Of a DNA stretch of 64,000 nt, positions 52,038 through 63,534 are shown one piece after another; the stretch's first letter is position 1, and every line of letters starts with the position of its first letter. Both the position numbers and the translations under genes were made by a program. The notes beneath the pieces were generated by a model that searched no databases, had not been told where the DNA came from, and was given only the letters and a program-made list of their open reading frames with translations. Source of the DNA: Podospora anserina (taxonomy: Eukaryota). The stretch covers positions 3,348,001 through 3,412,000 of the forward strand of contig CM030332.1 in assembly GCA_017654855.1 (NCBI GenBank). The letters are read 5' to 3'.

Positions 52038-53107
52038 GAGGGGTCGACATTTTTGAAGATTGCTTTTTCCGATGATATTTCGACAGTTTGTTTAAGTTGC
52101 CGCCGCCGATAATGTCGACTTTTTTGATACCCGATGGTTCTTCTCACTCTCGCCTTTTAAAAAAACGTCTGGTATGGATGTGGGGCTTTGGTGGGGGTTT
52201 GCTACCGTTCAGATGTTTTTGTTGCATGGGGGCGTTGTGTTTTGTCAGGCTGTTGTGGACAGGCATATTGGCAGAGAGGAGAAGAATAAGGAGATTGGAC
52301 ATTTAGAAGATGTAGGATTTTCGACTAGTTGCGGATGGTTTGGCGTCTTGTCGTTTCTCTCAGCGAAATACTCGACTGGAGGTGGTTTTCTAGGACGGGA
52401 TTGTGATTTTGATGATGAATGGGTTGGTTTGTGTTGAAGTACACGTATACGCACACACACGGTTGGGACGGGAAAGTGAAGGGAAAGTGCAAGGGAAGCA
52501 CGTTAGGAAATGGGAATTACTACTGCTGCTGTACAAGGGCTTTTTTCTGTCGAGTCCTTTGTTCTGATTTGGTACATGAAAGAAAGAAAAATAATGAGAG
52601 GGATTCTTTTTTTGGTTTCTAACATTTTGGTGTGTTCTTGCTGGTGTTTTCTTGTGTGTGTGTGTGGGTGTGATTTGGGGGGTTGAGAGATGAGATATGG
52701 TTGGATATATATGCTGGAAAGCGCAAGGAAAGGGGGAGGGGGACTATTATGATCCAGTAGTAATGGTGAATTGAGGTGGTAAGACTCTCGGCAGAGATCA
52801 CTTTCTGTCGAAGTTGGTATCAATTTGTTGTGTCATGTGATTGAAACTAGAGACAAATATAGTTTACAGTTTGGACATTTGATCCCATGATTGATGCATT
52901 AATGTCACACGGGCTATCTAGTCCTCTCTGCCTCAATACTGGTACTCAATAGCCACATCCATTCCATAACTTTGCCACTCAATCCCCTCTTAAAGACCAT
53001 ATCGTAGGTAGTAAGTAGCAGGAACCGTGTCCCATCTGTGTGTATGGGGGTAAAATATGGACAAGATAATTTTTAGTTGAGACGAGAAGAAATGAAAAAG
53101 ACAGTGG

Positions 53108-53683
53108 TCAACGATCCTTCTTCCCCTCTTGCTTTTGCTTCTTCTCCTCTTCTAGACGGTCGGACTGGTCCTCTGCCATGGCTACGAGGACGTAGCCTAT
53201 GAGGACTACGTTTGCCATAATGGCTGCGAGGCCGCCGGCGTAGGTTGAGTTGCCTGGGGGGAATTAGCCGTATGTTTAATGAATGTGTCATGGGAGAGAA
53301 TACGAAAGAGCGTTGTGAGAATGGGTATGAACAAGGAAGTTATGAGGGGATACGAAAGGGGATATGAGCCGTAAGATATGGGAGGCATGGGAGAGGGCAC
53401 ACAGAGGGTGGTGTAAGTGAGTGAGTGAGTGACAGAGCAAGGCTGAACAGAAGATTTATAAGCCGTGTTAGTTACCTTTGAACAGAGTGTTGACGGTGGC
53501 AAAGTAAGACCCGATAGGTACGACCATCATGGCGAGTGTGAAGGCGAGGAGCTTGAAGATGACGGCTGAGGGGACGGCGGGGGTGATGTTGGACTTTTGA
53601 GCTGGGGAGGAGGATGAGAGGGAGTTTGGGTCGGGCTGGTCGAGGAGGGTTTTTTCTTGGGAGATGATACGGCGGGTGGCCAT
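53108..53683 (-). CDS. vma21: V-ATPase assembly integral membrane protein Vma21
   Basis: [56 protein letters not shown]; two TM helices; C-terminal KKDR dilysine ER-retrieval motif; one intron. Confidence 0.93.
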
Positions 53684-54421
53684 TTTGGGCGATCTTTGAG
53701 ATTTGGATTGTAGTATGTGATGATATGGTATGGTCAATGGTGAGGCTCGCTTGATGATGTTGGTTGTGAGTGTGAGAGAGGTACGTATTGGGTAGGTGAG
53801 TCCGTGCTTAATTGGCATGGGAACGTCGCTCGCAGCTCACGTGTCGACGTGCAGCAAGTACAGGCGCGTCCGGCCCACTGAAATTCCCGATTGACGCGCT
53901 CTCGTTTGCTTTTGCTGGCAGAGGCCTGTGGGGCCGGGTTTTTGATGGTTGAATTCTGGGAAAGATAGGGCTGTTTCTTCTTGCCTTTCTCTCCCTCTCT
54001 TTTGTTCAAATTCTGGTTTCGACTCGAGTACTGCCCAATCGACCGGCTACCACACCCAAAGAGGAGGCAAAAGAAGGAGACATTGTGCCAATTGTTCGGC
54101 GTCTAATTTTAGCAAAGTCTCTTTTACTTGTTGACTTTTCATTGACATTGATAACGGGGCGGTATCGGTCTAACGGCAGAAATCCCAACAGTCGCTACTA
54201 CGAATGATCTGAAATTTCCCAATTCAGGGGTGGGACATCATCAAGGACCCCGACTTTTCGTCCGACTTTCTCTTTCGGCGTCTTTGACTTCGGAGCACTC
54301 TACACGTTGCTCCGTTGTCTTCTTTATTTTTTTTTTTTTGTGAAAGATAACGATTGCTCTGAAGTTTACTCCACCTTTACCACCCTCAGTCGAAACCCAA
54401 CCAGTCGAGAAACAACAAAAA

Positions 54422-57400
54422 ATGGAGTTTTCATCTTCACCGCCAACCACCACCCGACGCAGAGGTTTGGCATTCGACGACATCGAAGACGACGACATTG
54501 TGAGCGAGTCGCCCTATTTTACACAACCGACACAGATCATGGACAAACCTTCCATACGCCCCATGTCTGTCGTACCTTCCTCGCCCCGATCAATCATTGA
54601 GGTTCCTGCCTCTTCCCCATTTCGACCACAACCAGTTGCCCCGCGAATTGGCGGTCGATTGGCAAGCGCGATGGCTCCACCGGGCACCAGCTTCAAACCC
54701 CCAGCGAGTCGAACTGTGTCTACTGCTTCGAAGAAGCGAGATTTTGTACAGATATCAGACGGCGAGTTGGATGCGCCGATCTATGTCGGAGGAGATTCTT
54801 CCGACGAGGATGCCGAGCGAACACGGGGAGACATTCGACCTTCGTCTTTCCAGCGAAAGGAGCCGAGTATCAGTGTATCGACGTCATCCACTTCACTAGC
54901 CTTGAAGGCGCAGGTGGCTGCCAAGTCGGTATGTTTAACTTTTCGGTCTACAAGTCAAGTTACTAATACGGTGTGCGGGACAGAAACAAAATACACAGGA
55001 ATCAAATGGCAGCACATCAAACCGCCACGGCCCACAAAAAGACTGGGCTTCGCTGTCTCCTTCGTCTCCCTCCTCTGATGAGAGTCTCGAGTCGCTCCGG
55101 AAACCGTCCCCACCTAAACAGCCTGCACGACGGAGGCTCGTGCAAGGTCGCCGCCCTGGCCGGCAAGCAAGTCCCGAAAGTTCTCCCGTCAAGCCGGTCG
55201 AGAAGCCAAGAAAACAAGCTAAGGTCATTGATCTTGTTAGCGACGATGACGATCGAGACGAGGACTTTGATAGTAAAAAGGCCAAGGGGCGTCGATCTTC
55301 CCCGCAAGATGCCGAGGACGACGAAGATGAGGAGGCTTCAAGCGAGTTTGATGCCCGAGTCCTCCAGTATCTCAACACTTGCGACGTAGTGCAACTGGTC
55401 GCCATCGCTGGCGTCAAAGAAGACACTGCGAAAGTCATGGTTTCCCACCAACCATTCAAGGATCTGGAGCATGCTCGCCGAGTCACCCTTGCTCACAAGA
55501 AAAAGGGCAAGAAATCTGCCAAACTCTCTGTGGGAGATGACATTGTGTCAGCGGTCAAGTCTTACGCCAAGTCGTTGGATGCGATTGACTATGTTATCCA
55601 GGCCTGTGAGAAACAGGCCCGTGCAATTAAAGCATCGACTAGTAAGTGGACGATGGATGAAACGGGCCAGATGAAAAACGATTCTCAGGCGGATGATGGA
55701 AAGCCCTTGACACCCATCAGCATGGAAGACCCAAAATTGGTCGACCTGCCCCACCGCCAGCCCAAGTATATGGAAGGTCATTGTACCATGAAGCCCTTCC
55801 AACGGTATGGGCTAAACTGGATGCGTCTGTTGCACAAATTGGACTGCGGTGGAATTTTGGCAGACGACATGGGCTTGGGAAAGACATGCCAAGTCATCTC
55901 ACTCATGTGCTCCGTTGTCGAGGACTACGAGAAGGGGAAAATGAAAGGCGACCGGCCATGGCCCAACCTCATCTTCGTGCCGCCCTCGACTTTGGCCAAC
56001 TGGGCTGCAGAGTTCAAAAGATTCGCCCCGGACATCAATGTCATCACATACCAAGGCCCCCAAGCCACCCGTGATGACATTGCGGAGGAGATCCAAGATG
56101 ATCCGGAAGCCTATCACGTTGTTCTAACGAGCTACTCGCAGCTCTCGCGGCCAGACGACATTTCCAATCTTCGACGCATCCAGCCAAAGATTGCCGTCTT
56201 TGACGAAGGTCACAAGATGAAGAATCCCAAGACGAAGCTCTACAGGGATCTGCTACGCATCACGGCCGACTGGCGGTTGATTCTGTCGGGCACGCCTGTT
56301 CAAAACAACCTCATGGAAATGATTGCCCTCCTGCGCTTTGTGGAACCTAAGCTGTTTTCAGAGCACTTTGAAACGCTGGAGGCGTTGTTCAGCCAAAAGT
56401 TCTCTCTGGCGGACGTCTCCAAGGGCGCAATCTTGGCCAGCGAGCGGGTGCCCCGTGCCAGGACCATTCTCGAGCCATTTATCCTCCAACGCCGAAAGGA
56501 GCAGGTGCTCCAAGACATGCCCCAGAAGACGACAAGGGTCGAGTATTGCAAGATGGACAAGACACAGGCCAGTATCTATGAGGACTATGCGAGAAGATTT
56601 AGGAAGTCGGCAACATCTCAATCTTCTCAGACCGTCGTTGCGGAAAAGGGCAGGGACAATGATACCAACAACGTTTGGATCCAGTTGAGAAAGTCGGCCA
56701 TTCATCCGCAGCTGTTCAGACGCTACTTCAAGGACAAGGATGTGGAGGAAATGGCCAAGGTGCTGATGAAGAGGATACCACAGTCGGAGCTCAAGCAGCC
56801 TAATCTCGGGCACCTGACGAATGAACTCAAGGCGCTGTCGGATTTTGAGCTTCATTTGTGGTGCAGAGATTACAAGTGCATCAGGTCGTTTGACTTGCCA
56901 GATGGGTCCTGGGGAGAGTGTGCCAAGGTGAAGAGCTTGTTGAAGTTGATTAGGGGGTATCAGAAGAACGGAGACCGGGCCTTGGTTTTCACGAGGTTTG
57001 CCAAGGTTATTGAGATTCTGGGAGAATGCCTGGCTAGTGAAGGGGTGGAGTACCTCAGTCTTCAAGGAAACACTGATGTCAGCGAGCGACAGGAACTGAT
57101 CAACCAGTTCAACGCCGACCCGACGATCCCGGTGTTCCTGCTAACGACGGGATCGGGAGGTACCGGTATCAACCTGACGGCGGCCAACAAGGTCATCATT
57201 TTTGATCAGAGCGACAATCCGCAAGACGATATTCAGGCGGAGAATCGGGCGCATCGTTTGGGTCAGACGAGGCCGGTTGAGATTGTCAGGTTGATTAGCG
57301 AGGGGACGGTGGAGGAGCTGGTTTACAAGGCGTGCCAGAAGAAGCTGGAGCTCGCGAATAAGGTGACGGGCTGGAGCGCTGGACTGGATGCGGCGGCTGG

Positions 57401-57482
57401 ATTGGAGATGACTTCTGGACAGATGGAGGCAGAGGTGAAGGAGATGATGAAGAAGGGGGGGACGCCGCCAGATAGTGATTAG
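54422..57482 (+). CDS. SNF2-family chromatin remodeler, Fun30/SMARCAD1/Fft-like
   Basis: GILADDMGLGKT, DEGH, LSGTPVQNNL, PFILQRRKEQVL, GGTGINLTAA, NPQDDIQAENRAHRLGQ; intron 54929-54983 joins the N-terminal exon in frame. Confidence 0.92.
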
Positions 57483-58314
57483 GGGGGTGTGGCATGGTCA
57501 GCATTAGCCTGGTGTTTTGTGATTCGATTAGAGGAATGGGGCGGTTGCGTGTTTAGAGGGGGGTTTATACAGGTGGTTTTTGTCGTTGGTGTTCTGGCGA
57601 TGATGGGGACAGAAAACAAAACGTTGTCGTTATATGTGGGCATGGGAACGGTGGCATGTTGAGGTATTGTGCGAATAATGGGCTGTCATACATGGGGCGA
57701 TTACAATAAAATATAGGTTATTTAGGGCCCGAACCAATCAAGACAAAGATTAATCAACTGATAGTTACACCATGACAACATCTTCATGTTTTTAGATCAT
57801 GATTTGAGATGGAGATTCCTTCGGCTGCAGGAACCGAGAACTGGTGATGGGGTGACCCTTGTACAAGACCAATCGGGAATCGGGAATCGGGAATTTGGGG
57901 AAGCGGGGATAAGCGACAACTGCAAGCACTTGTGCGGAAAAGTGGGGTTTGTGGCTTTCACATGCTTGATTCAACGTTGTCTGACAAGGGATGGGAAAAT
58001 GTGATTGTGGGGATATTTGTTCCTGTTCGCCTCAGGGCGGCCGAGTTGGGTGACCGTCACGAGCTAGGTTTTCCGGCGTGGTTTCGGTTTTGGGAACTTG
58101 GTTTTTATTTCTTGACAGGTTAACGCTCCTCCCTCGCCCTTTTTTTCCTTCTTTTTTTTTTTTGTTTTTTTGTTTGTTATTTTGTTGGATTGGTGTTTTT
58201 TCCCCCATGGTAACTTGAACGCGCGCGTGCCACAAAAGACTGATTAATTACTCCGTGTATGGCGTAGGAAAGGGTTGTTGGGATTTGGGAGACTTCGCAA
58301 GAAAAAGAAGGGAA

Positions 58315-60703
58315 ATGGCGTTTCAGTGGTTCGTCGGTTTGTTGGGGGCGGTGTACACCATTTTGTTGTCGCCTCTGTTTGGGACTGGGAGTGCCGATTC
58401 TGGTCCGGATGCGAGGATACGGTTTGAAGAGGTTGAGCAGCAGCAGCAGCAGCAGCAGCCAACAGGCACGGCTGGTGGTGGTAAACGTCCCAACAACACC
58501 CGTCATGATCATCAACACCACGGAAGGGGGCCAAAGCTGTTTTTGTTGTCGGCATGGGACATGCTGCTTGACGTGCTCTCTTTTTGGCGGCAGGTATGTC
58601 TCCCCCAACCCTCACCCTATCTATTATTTTCAGATCTAACCAACTGTTGATGATGTATAGAAAATCATAACCCACTACACCAACCCCACCCCCCTGACCC
58701 TCTACCTCTCCACCCTCCACTCCGCCAGAACGTTTGAACAGTGGGAGGAGGCGGCGCTCAATCTGGATACGTTGCTCGGGCTGGACCTCTGGAGGAACAA
58801 CCCTGTCTCTTCACACTACGACTTCAAGCTGATCAACGAGCGGCTGGTGAGTATTGAGATTGCGAGGGAGACGGGGGACGTGCACTCGCTGGTTAACCTG
58901 CTGAGGAGTGGCTTGGTGAGGAACTTGGGGAATATCACCGCCACGAAGCTGTACAACCGGGCGTTTGCGGGGACAAAGTTTTTGATTGAGGAGTATGTTA
59001 GGGCTGTGGCGGAGGGGGTAGAGGATATTGGGAGCTTGCCTTCGCCAGGGGAGACGTCGGCGGTGGGGTATGTTGTTGATGGTGGTAGGGGGGTTCCAAG
59101 GGGTGGTGGTGTCGCGAGGCAGGGGCATCATGTTAGTTTTGAGGATAATAATGGGGAGAGTAGCACCGGTGGGGAGGGGAGCAGTAGCGGTAGGGAGAGG
59201 AGGCAGACGCTTAGTGTGATGACGACAAGGGGGGAGAGTACTGCCGCCGGAGGGGGGAATGGGACGCCAGAGGTGGACTGGGGGGGTCTGAGTGTTGCTA
59301 GCCCCCCGGGCGGTAGTCATTTGCCTGAGGGGGGGAGGATGGTTGCTACCATGTCTACGCAGGCGAAGCTGGATTTTATACATGATACGAGACAGGCTTT
59401 TGGGAGGACGGCGTTGGTTTTGCAAGGGGGGGCGATTTTCGGTTTGTGTCACTTGGGGGTGGTGAAAGCTTTGTTTTTGAGGGGGCTGTTGCCGAGGATT
59501 ATTGTGGGCACGGCGACGGGGGCGTTGATTGCTGCGTTGGTGGCGGTTCATTCCGAGGAGGAGCTGCCGAGGGTGCTGAAGGGGGATGGGATTGACCTGA
59601 GCGCGTTTGCGAAGCAGGGGCAGGATCCGGTCAAGCATAACAAGGGGTTGAGGGAGTCGATGTGGTCGAGGTGGGCTACGCTGGTGAGGAGGGTGCGGAG
59701 GTTTAGGAGGGAGGGCTATTTTCTGGATGTGAAGGTGTTGGAGGAGTGTATCAAGAGTAACATTGGGGATTTGACCTTTGAGGAGGCGTATCATCGGAGC
59801 AAGAGGGTGTTGAACATCACGGTTGCTACGGCTGGGCATGGGGGTGTGCCGACGTTGTTGAATTACTTGACGGCTCCTAACGTGGTATGTACCGCCCTTT
59901 TCACCCAAAGTCATGGGCATGGCTAACATCCACAGCTAATCTGGACCGCCGCCGTCGCCTCCAACGCCTCCACACCCACCTTCTACGGCCACCGTCAAAC
60001 CAAGATCCTCTGCAAAGACTCCCAAGGCAACATCGTCCCCTGGAAGCCCGCCAACGAAGTCGACTTCAACCACTGGACCAACGCCTCCTACACCGAGCAA
60101 GAATCCCCCCTCCTCCGCATCGCCGAGCTCTTCAACGTGAACCACTTCATCGTCAGCCAAGCCCGCCCCTACCTCATCCCCTTCCTGCAAAGCGACATGC
60201 ACGGCCCCTCCATGGTCGAAACCCGCAACAAGACCATGTCTGGCATGGCCTTCATCATGCGCATGGTCGGGCTCGAGCTCCGACACCGCCTCCGCCAGCT
60301 CGACACACTCCAGCTGCTCCCAGCGGGTATCCGTCGGTTCCTTGTGGACGAGCGGGTGCCGGGCGCGAGCATGATGCTTGTTCCCGAGGTGACGGCTGGT
60401 GACTTTGTCCGGCTGATGGAAACCCCCACCAAGGAAACGCTGGAGTATTGGATCCTGAGGGGTGAGCGTAGTGTCTGGCCGGCTGTGGCGGCGCTCAAGA
60501 TTCGCTGTGCGGTGGAGGAGGAGCTGGATAGGGCTTACCAGGTTGCCAGACGGCTCAAGGCTGGGGGGTTAAGGAGGAAGACGAGTCATATGCAGACGCC
60601 CATGTTGGGCGATTTAGAGAACCCGGAATTGGGGGTTGAGCAGGAGAGGAAGGAAAGGTTTAGGGCTCATAGCGCCAGTGCGAGAGGTTCACCTACTGCA
60701 TGA
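58315..60703 (+). CDS. Patatin-like triacylglycerol lipase homolog (Tgl3/4/SDP1 family)
   Basis: FEQWEEAA..LD..LG.D.WR, LLRSGLVRNLGNI, AFGRTALVLQGGAIFGLCHLGVVKAL, DLTFEEAY, LLNYLTAPNV, ELFNVNHFIVSQARP, I.RGERSVWP; two introns. Confidence 0.9.
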
Positions 60704-60893
60704 GAAAGTTCGTGGGAGTACTTGGGATAGGAGTTATTGAATGGGTTTTTTTTCTTTTTTTCTTTTAGATGGCCAAGAGACGGGACGGCGGGGTACACCG
60801 TCAATGTATTTTAACGCACAAAAGGTGTTTGTTGTCTTCATTACCGTTGTCGTCAACTAATACCATCAAGCTCCCCTGGTGTAGGGACTTATT

Positions 60894-62068
60894 CTAAACC
60901 TTGTCCCTGAAGCTATGGATGCTCGACTCTCCCTTTGCGATGTAGTACACCATAATCACGCCGCCAACCTGGGAGGCAGCCAGGAAAGTGTTGGGATCCG
61001 AAACCGCCTTATCACCTGCGGCGGCCGAGTCTCCCCAAGTTCCGTCCTCGTTGCGAACCACGCGCTGGAGCTTTCCACCCTTCTGCATGAAGTAGTAGAG
61101 ATACAGCTTGGTGCCCTTGTCCGTGCTTACGGGAACCAGAGCAAGGCCGGTGCAATCACGGGAGTCGTCTGTGTTCGGAATCACGGTATCTTGTTACAGA
61201 GAGGCTACACGTCAGCTTTTCGCTCATAGAAGAAAGAAAGGCGGGCATGGTGGTTCAAAAGACGGGGAGTTTTTTTATTTCTTTATTTCTTTACCATTTT
61301 CACTGGTCGACTCGACGATGCGGAGGTTGTCTTCGTTTTGGTAGACGATGAGCTTCTTTCTTGGCGGCTGGATCGTAGACGGCTGCGAGGTTGCTGGCAA
61401 CCAGGGGTGGCTTGGTGTCGAGGGGCTTGGTGATGAGGTCCTCGCCTCTTGAGCTGGGACGACCAACCGATTGAGAACTCGGTGATGCGTGGCTTTTCTT
61501 CGGTCCCGCTGTGTTTTGTTCAGAGAGAGTAGTTGTTGTCAGTTCTCGACTTGATTCTTGGGACGAAAACATGGAAAGGGGATGAGTGGATGGATGTGGT
61601 CGTACGTCATGCAGTATATATATCCTTGGCCCTCGGCGACAATTGTGGTCATGGCAACTCCGATCACGGTATTGGTCGGGCCATCCGGTAGGAGGAGCTT
61701 ATAGACAGGGCTCAGTTGGGCCAGACGCTTGGGTGCAATGGCATCGACGGCGGCGGTGCCCTTTTGAGGTGCGCTCTGGACGAGACCGTAGAGATTGAGC
61801 TACGTTCTGTTAGGATAGAGCCATGAGCGGGGGCTTCTGAGGAAATCCCCCTCACCAATTTCTCGTTGTATAAAGCGCTGAAGGAACCCGGGTTCACGAT
61901 CTTGGAGTCGACAGGGGCCGAGAGGTTGTCTGCGAACGCAGTGGCCGTGGTCTTCTCTGCGCCAACATGGTGGAGCTCGAGGGCAGGGGTCTGGTTGCTG
62001 GACAGATAGTAGAGGAGGACCTGCTCTTTGTCGAGGGGGTTGACGAGACTGGAAAGCGGGCAAGACAT
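60894..62068 (-). pseudogene. Frameshifted gene for a putative fucose-lectin-like beta-propeller protein
   Basis: Four-exon model from MSCPLSSLVNPL (ATG 62068) to SFRDKV*; recurring beta-strand motifs (QVLLYYL, LNLYGL, LIVYQ, LYLYYF..GKLQRVVRNEDGTWG, IMVYY); third exon needs two +1 frame changes (near 61465 and 61355). Confidence 0.55.
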
Positions 62069-62949
62069 GGTGATGATGATGTGTGGCAAAATGATTTGGG
62101 AAGCCCTGCGTCTCCCATACCATAAGGATCGCGGTCCAACTCTTATATACAACTAGCTGTCTTGCTGCCTCCAGCTCTTCTTTGTCGAACTTCACATTGT
62201 CACTGGAGCCCTCCTCAGCCACCCACAGGTGGTTCCAGGGCGGTATTCCGACTACCTTATTGGCTTTGCTTGCACCTAACCGTGACGGTATGAACTTGCT
62301 GAGGCCACAAGTATTGTTCCCTTCCGGTACAATCTCTCCGGCAATGAGCTCATGGCGGAATCTAGAACCGGTTCTTAGGTGTGGTCCGACTCGGAGGCGA
62401 CTGGTCACTCTACCATACTGAATGCAATTAGGTCTAGTGTCCACAAAAGCACACTCTACAGTCAGCCCCAGGAATCCAGCTCTGCCTTTGGGGAACTTTT
62501 CAGCCAGCCGTTCCTTCATAGCCACCGTTCTAGGCTAGAAAATTCACCACAGTGTCCAGATCCATTGGGGACATCTTCGTCACTTGCGGGTTAGGTACCT
62601 TTATGGGGGTCAAGTCATGGGTAGGGGACGAGAACACGAGCCAATGGCTTCGTGTTTGTCTTATCTATCTGGTTAGATGTTCCAATCGGTCTCCCGGCAG
62701 CTTGCTTGTCTGGAGCTTGTCCGGAGGTTGTCTGGAGGTTCTGGACTCAATGTCCGACAACACGCATAATTCACAACTCCCTCACAACTCCTCCACCCAC
62801 GTCTAGCCAAGCGGCCAATCTCAACACTAAGGTTGGATACCTACCTAACATGGGTATCCGCGGGCCGGTATGTTCTTTTACTGCTCCATCCAGACTTTGG
62901 CACAATCTATCATCGACAAACAAACAGCTCAAGCTCCGTATTTGCAGCC

Positions 62950-63499
62950 ATGTCAGGTGCCGCAGCGTCACCAAGAAACCTCGTTCTGCGAAATGGGACC
63001 CAGGCGCAGAAATCAGTGACTCCGGTTGACCTCGAACCCAAACCGGACATCGGCGAGGGCAACCAGCGGCTGCATTCATTCTACCGTCCCGGGCTTGTTG
63101 CAGGCACCTATAACATTGATGTCGAACAGGATATCGCCAAGTACAGCCCATCTCCAGGCGAACGCTTTGCAGACATCCCGGCCCAAGACAAATTAGATTC
63201 GAAAAAGAGCAGCAAGAGCTTCACAGTCATCGCTCCAGTATTCCCTCCCCCCCGGTTCCCTGAACACGTCATATCCAGCCCCAGGACATCAAACACCTCA
63301 CACCACCCTTCCGCATGTGGTCTTGAACGATCCCCAGCTGCCCTGGGAGAGGGTCGGCAGTGAGGGCGAGTTGTCAACGGATTCCCCAGAGCATCAAGAT
63401 GCTCTTTCCAAAACAAGGACGCCTTGGTTGGCTGTCGTTGTCTTCACGCAGGATGAGATCATGCTTCCTCCTGAGGCAGAGGCAAGCTTCCAAAGTTGA
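62950..63499 (+). pseudogene. Frameshifted, 3'-truncated conserved hypothetical protein of the type recalled next to DUF6603 genes
   Basis: LHSFYRPGLVAGTYNIDVEQ..FTVIA[frameshift ~63235][42 protein letters not shown], then stop at 63497-63499. Confidence 0.65.
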
Positions 63500-63534
63500 C
63501 ATCGAACGTCGTTACCGGTGATGGAAGCAGAGCA

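Noticed and set aside
53820-53900. CACGTG and ACGCG motifs in the vma21/Fun30 divergent promoter (also CACGTG near 28462)
   Set aside because: Short motifs expected by chance; no conservation data available.
57871-57900. AATCGGG tandem heptamer, telomere-like
   Set aside because: Only 3-4 copies and not the fungal TTAGGG repeat; ordinary simple repeat.
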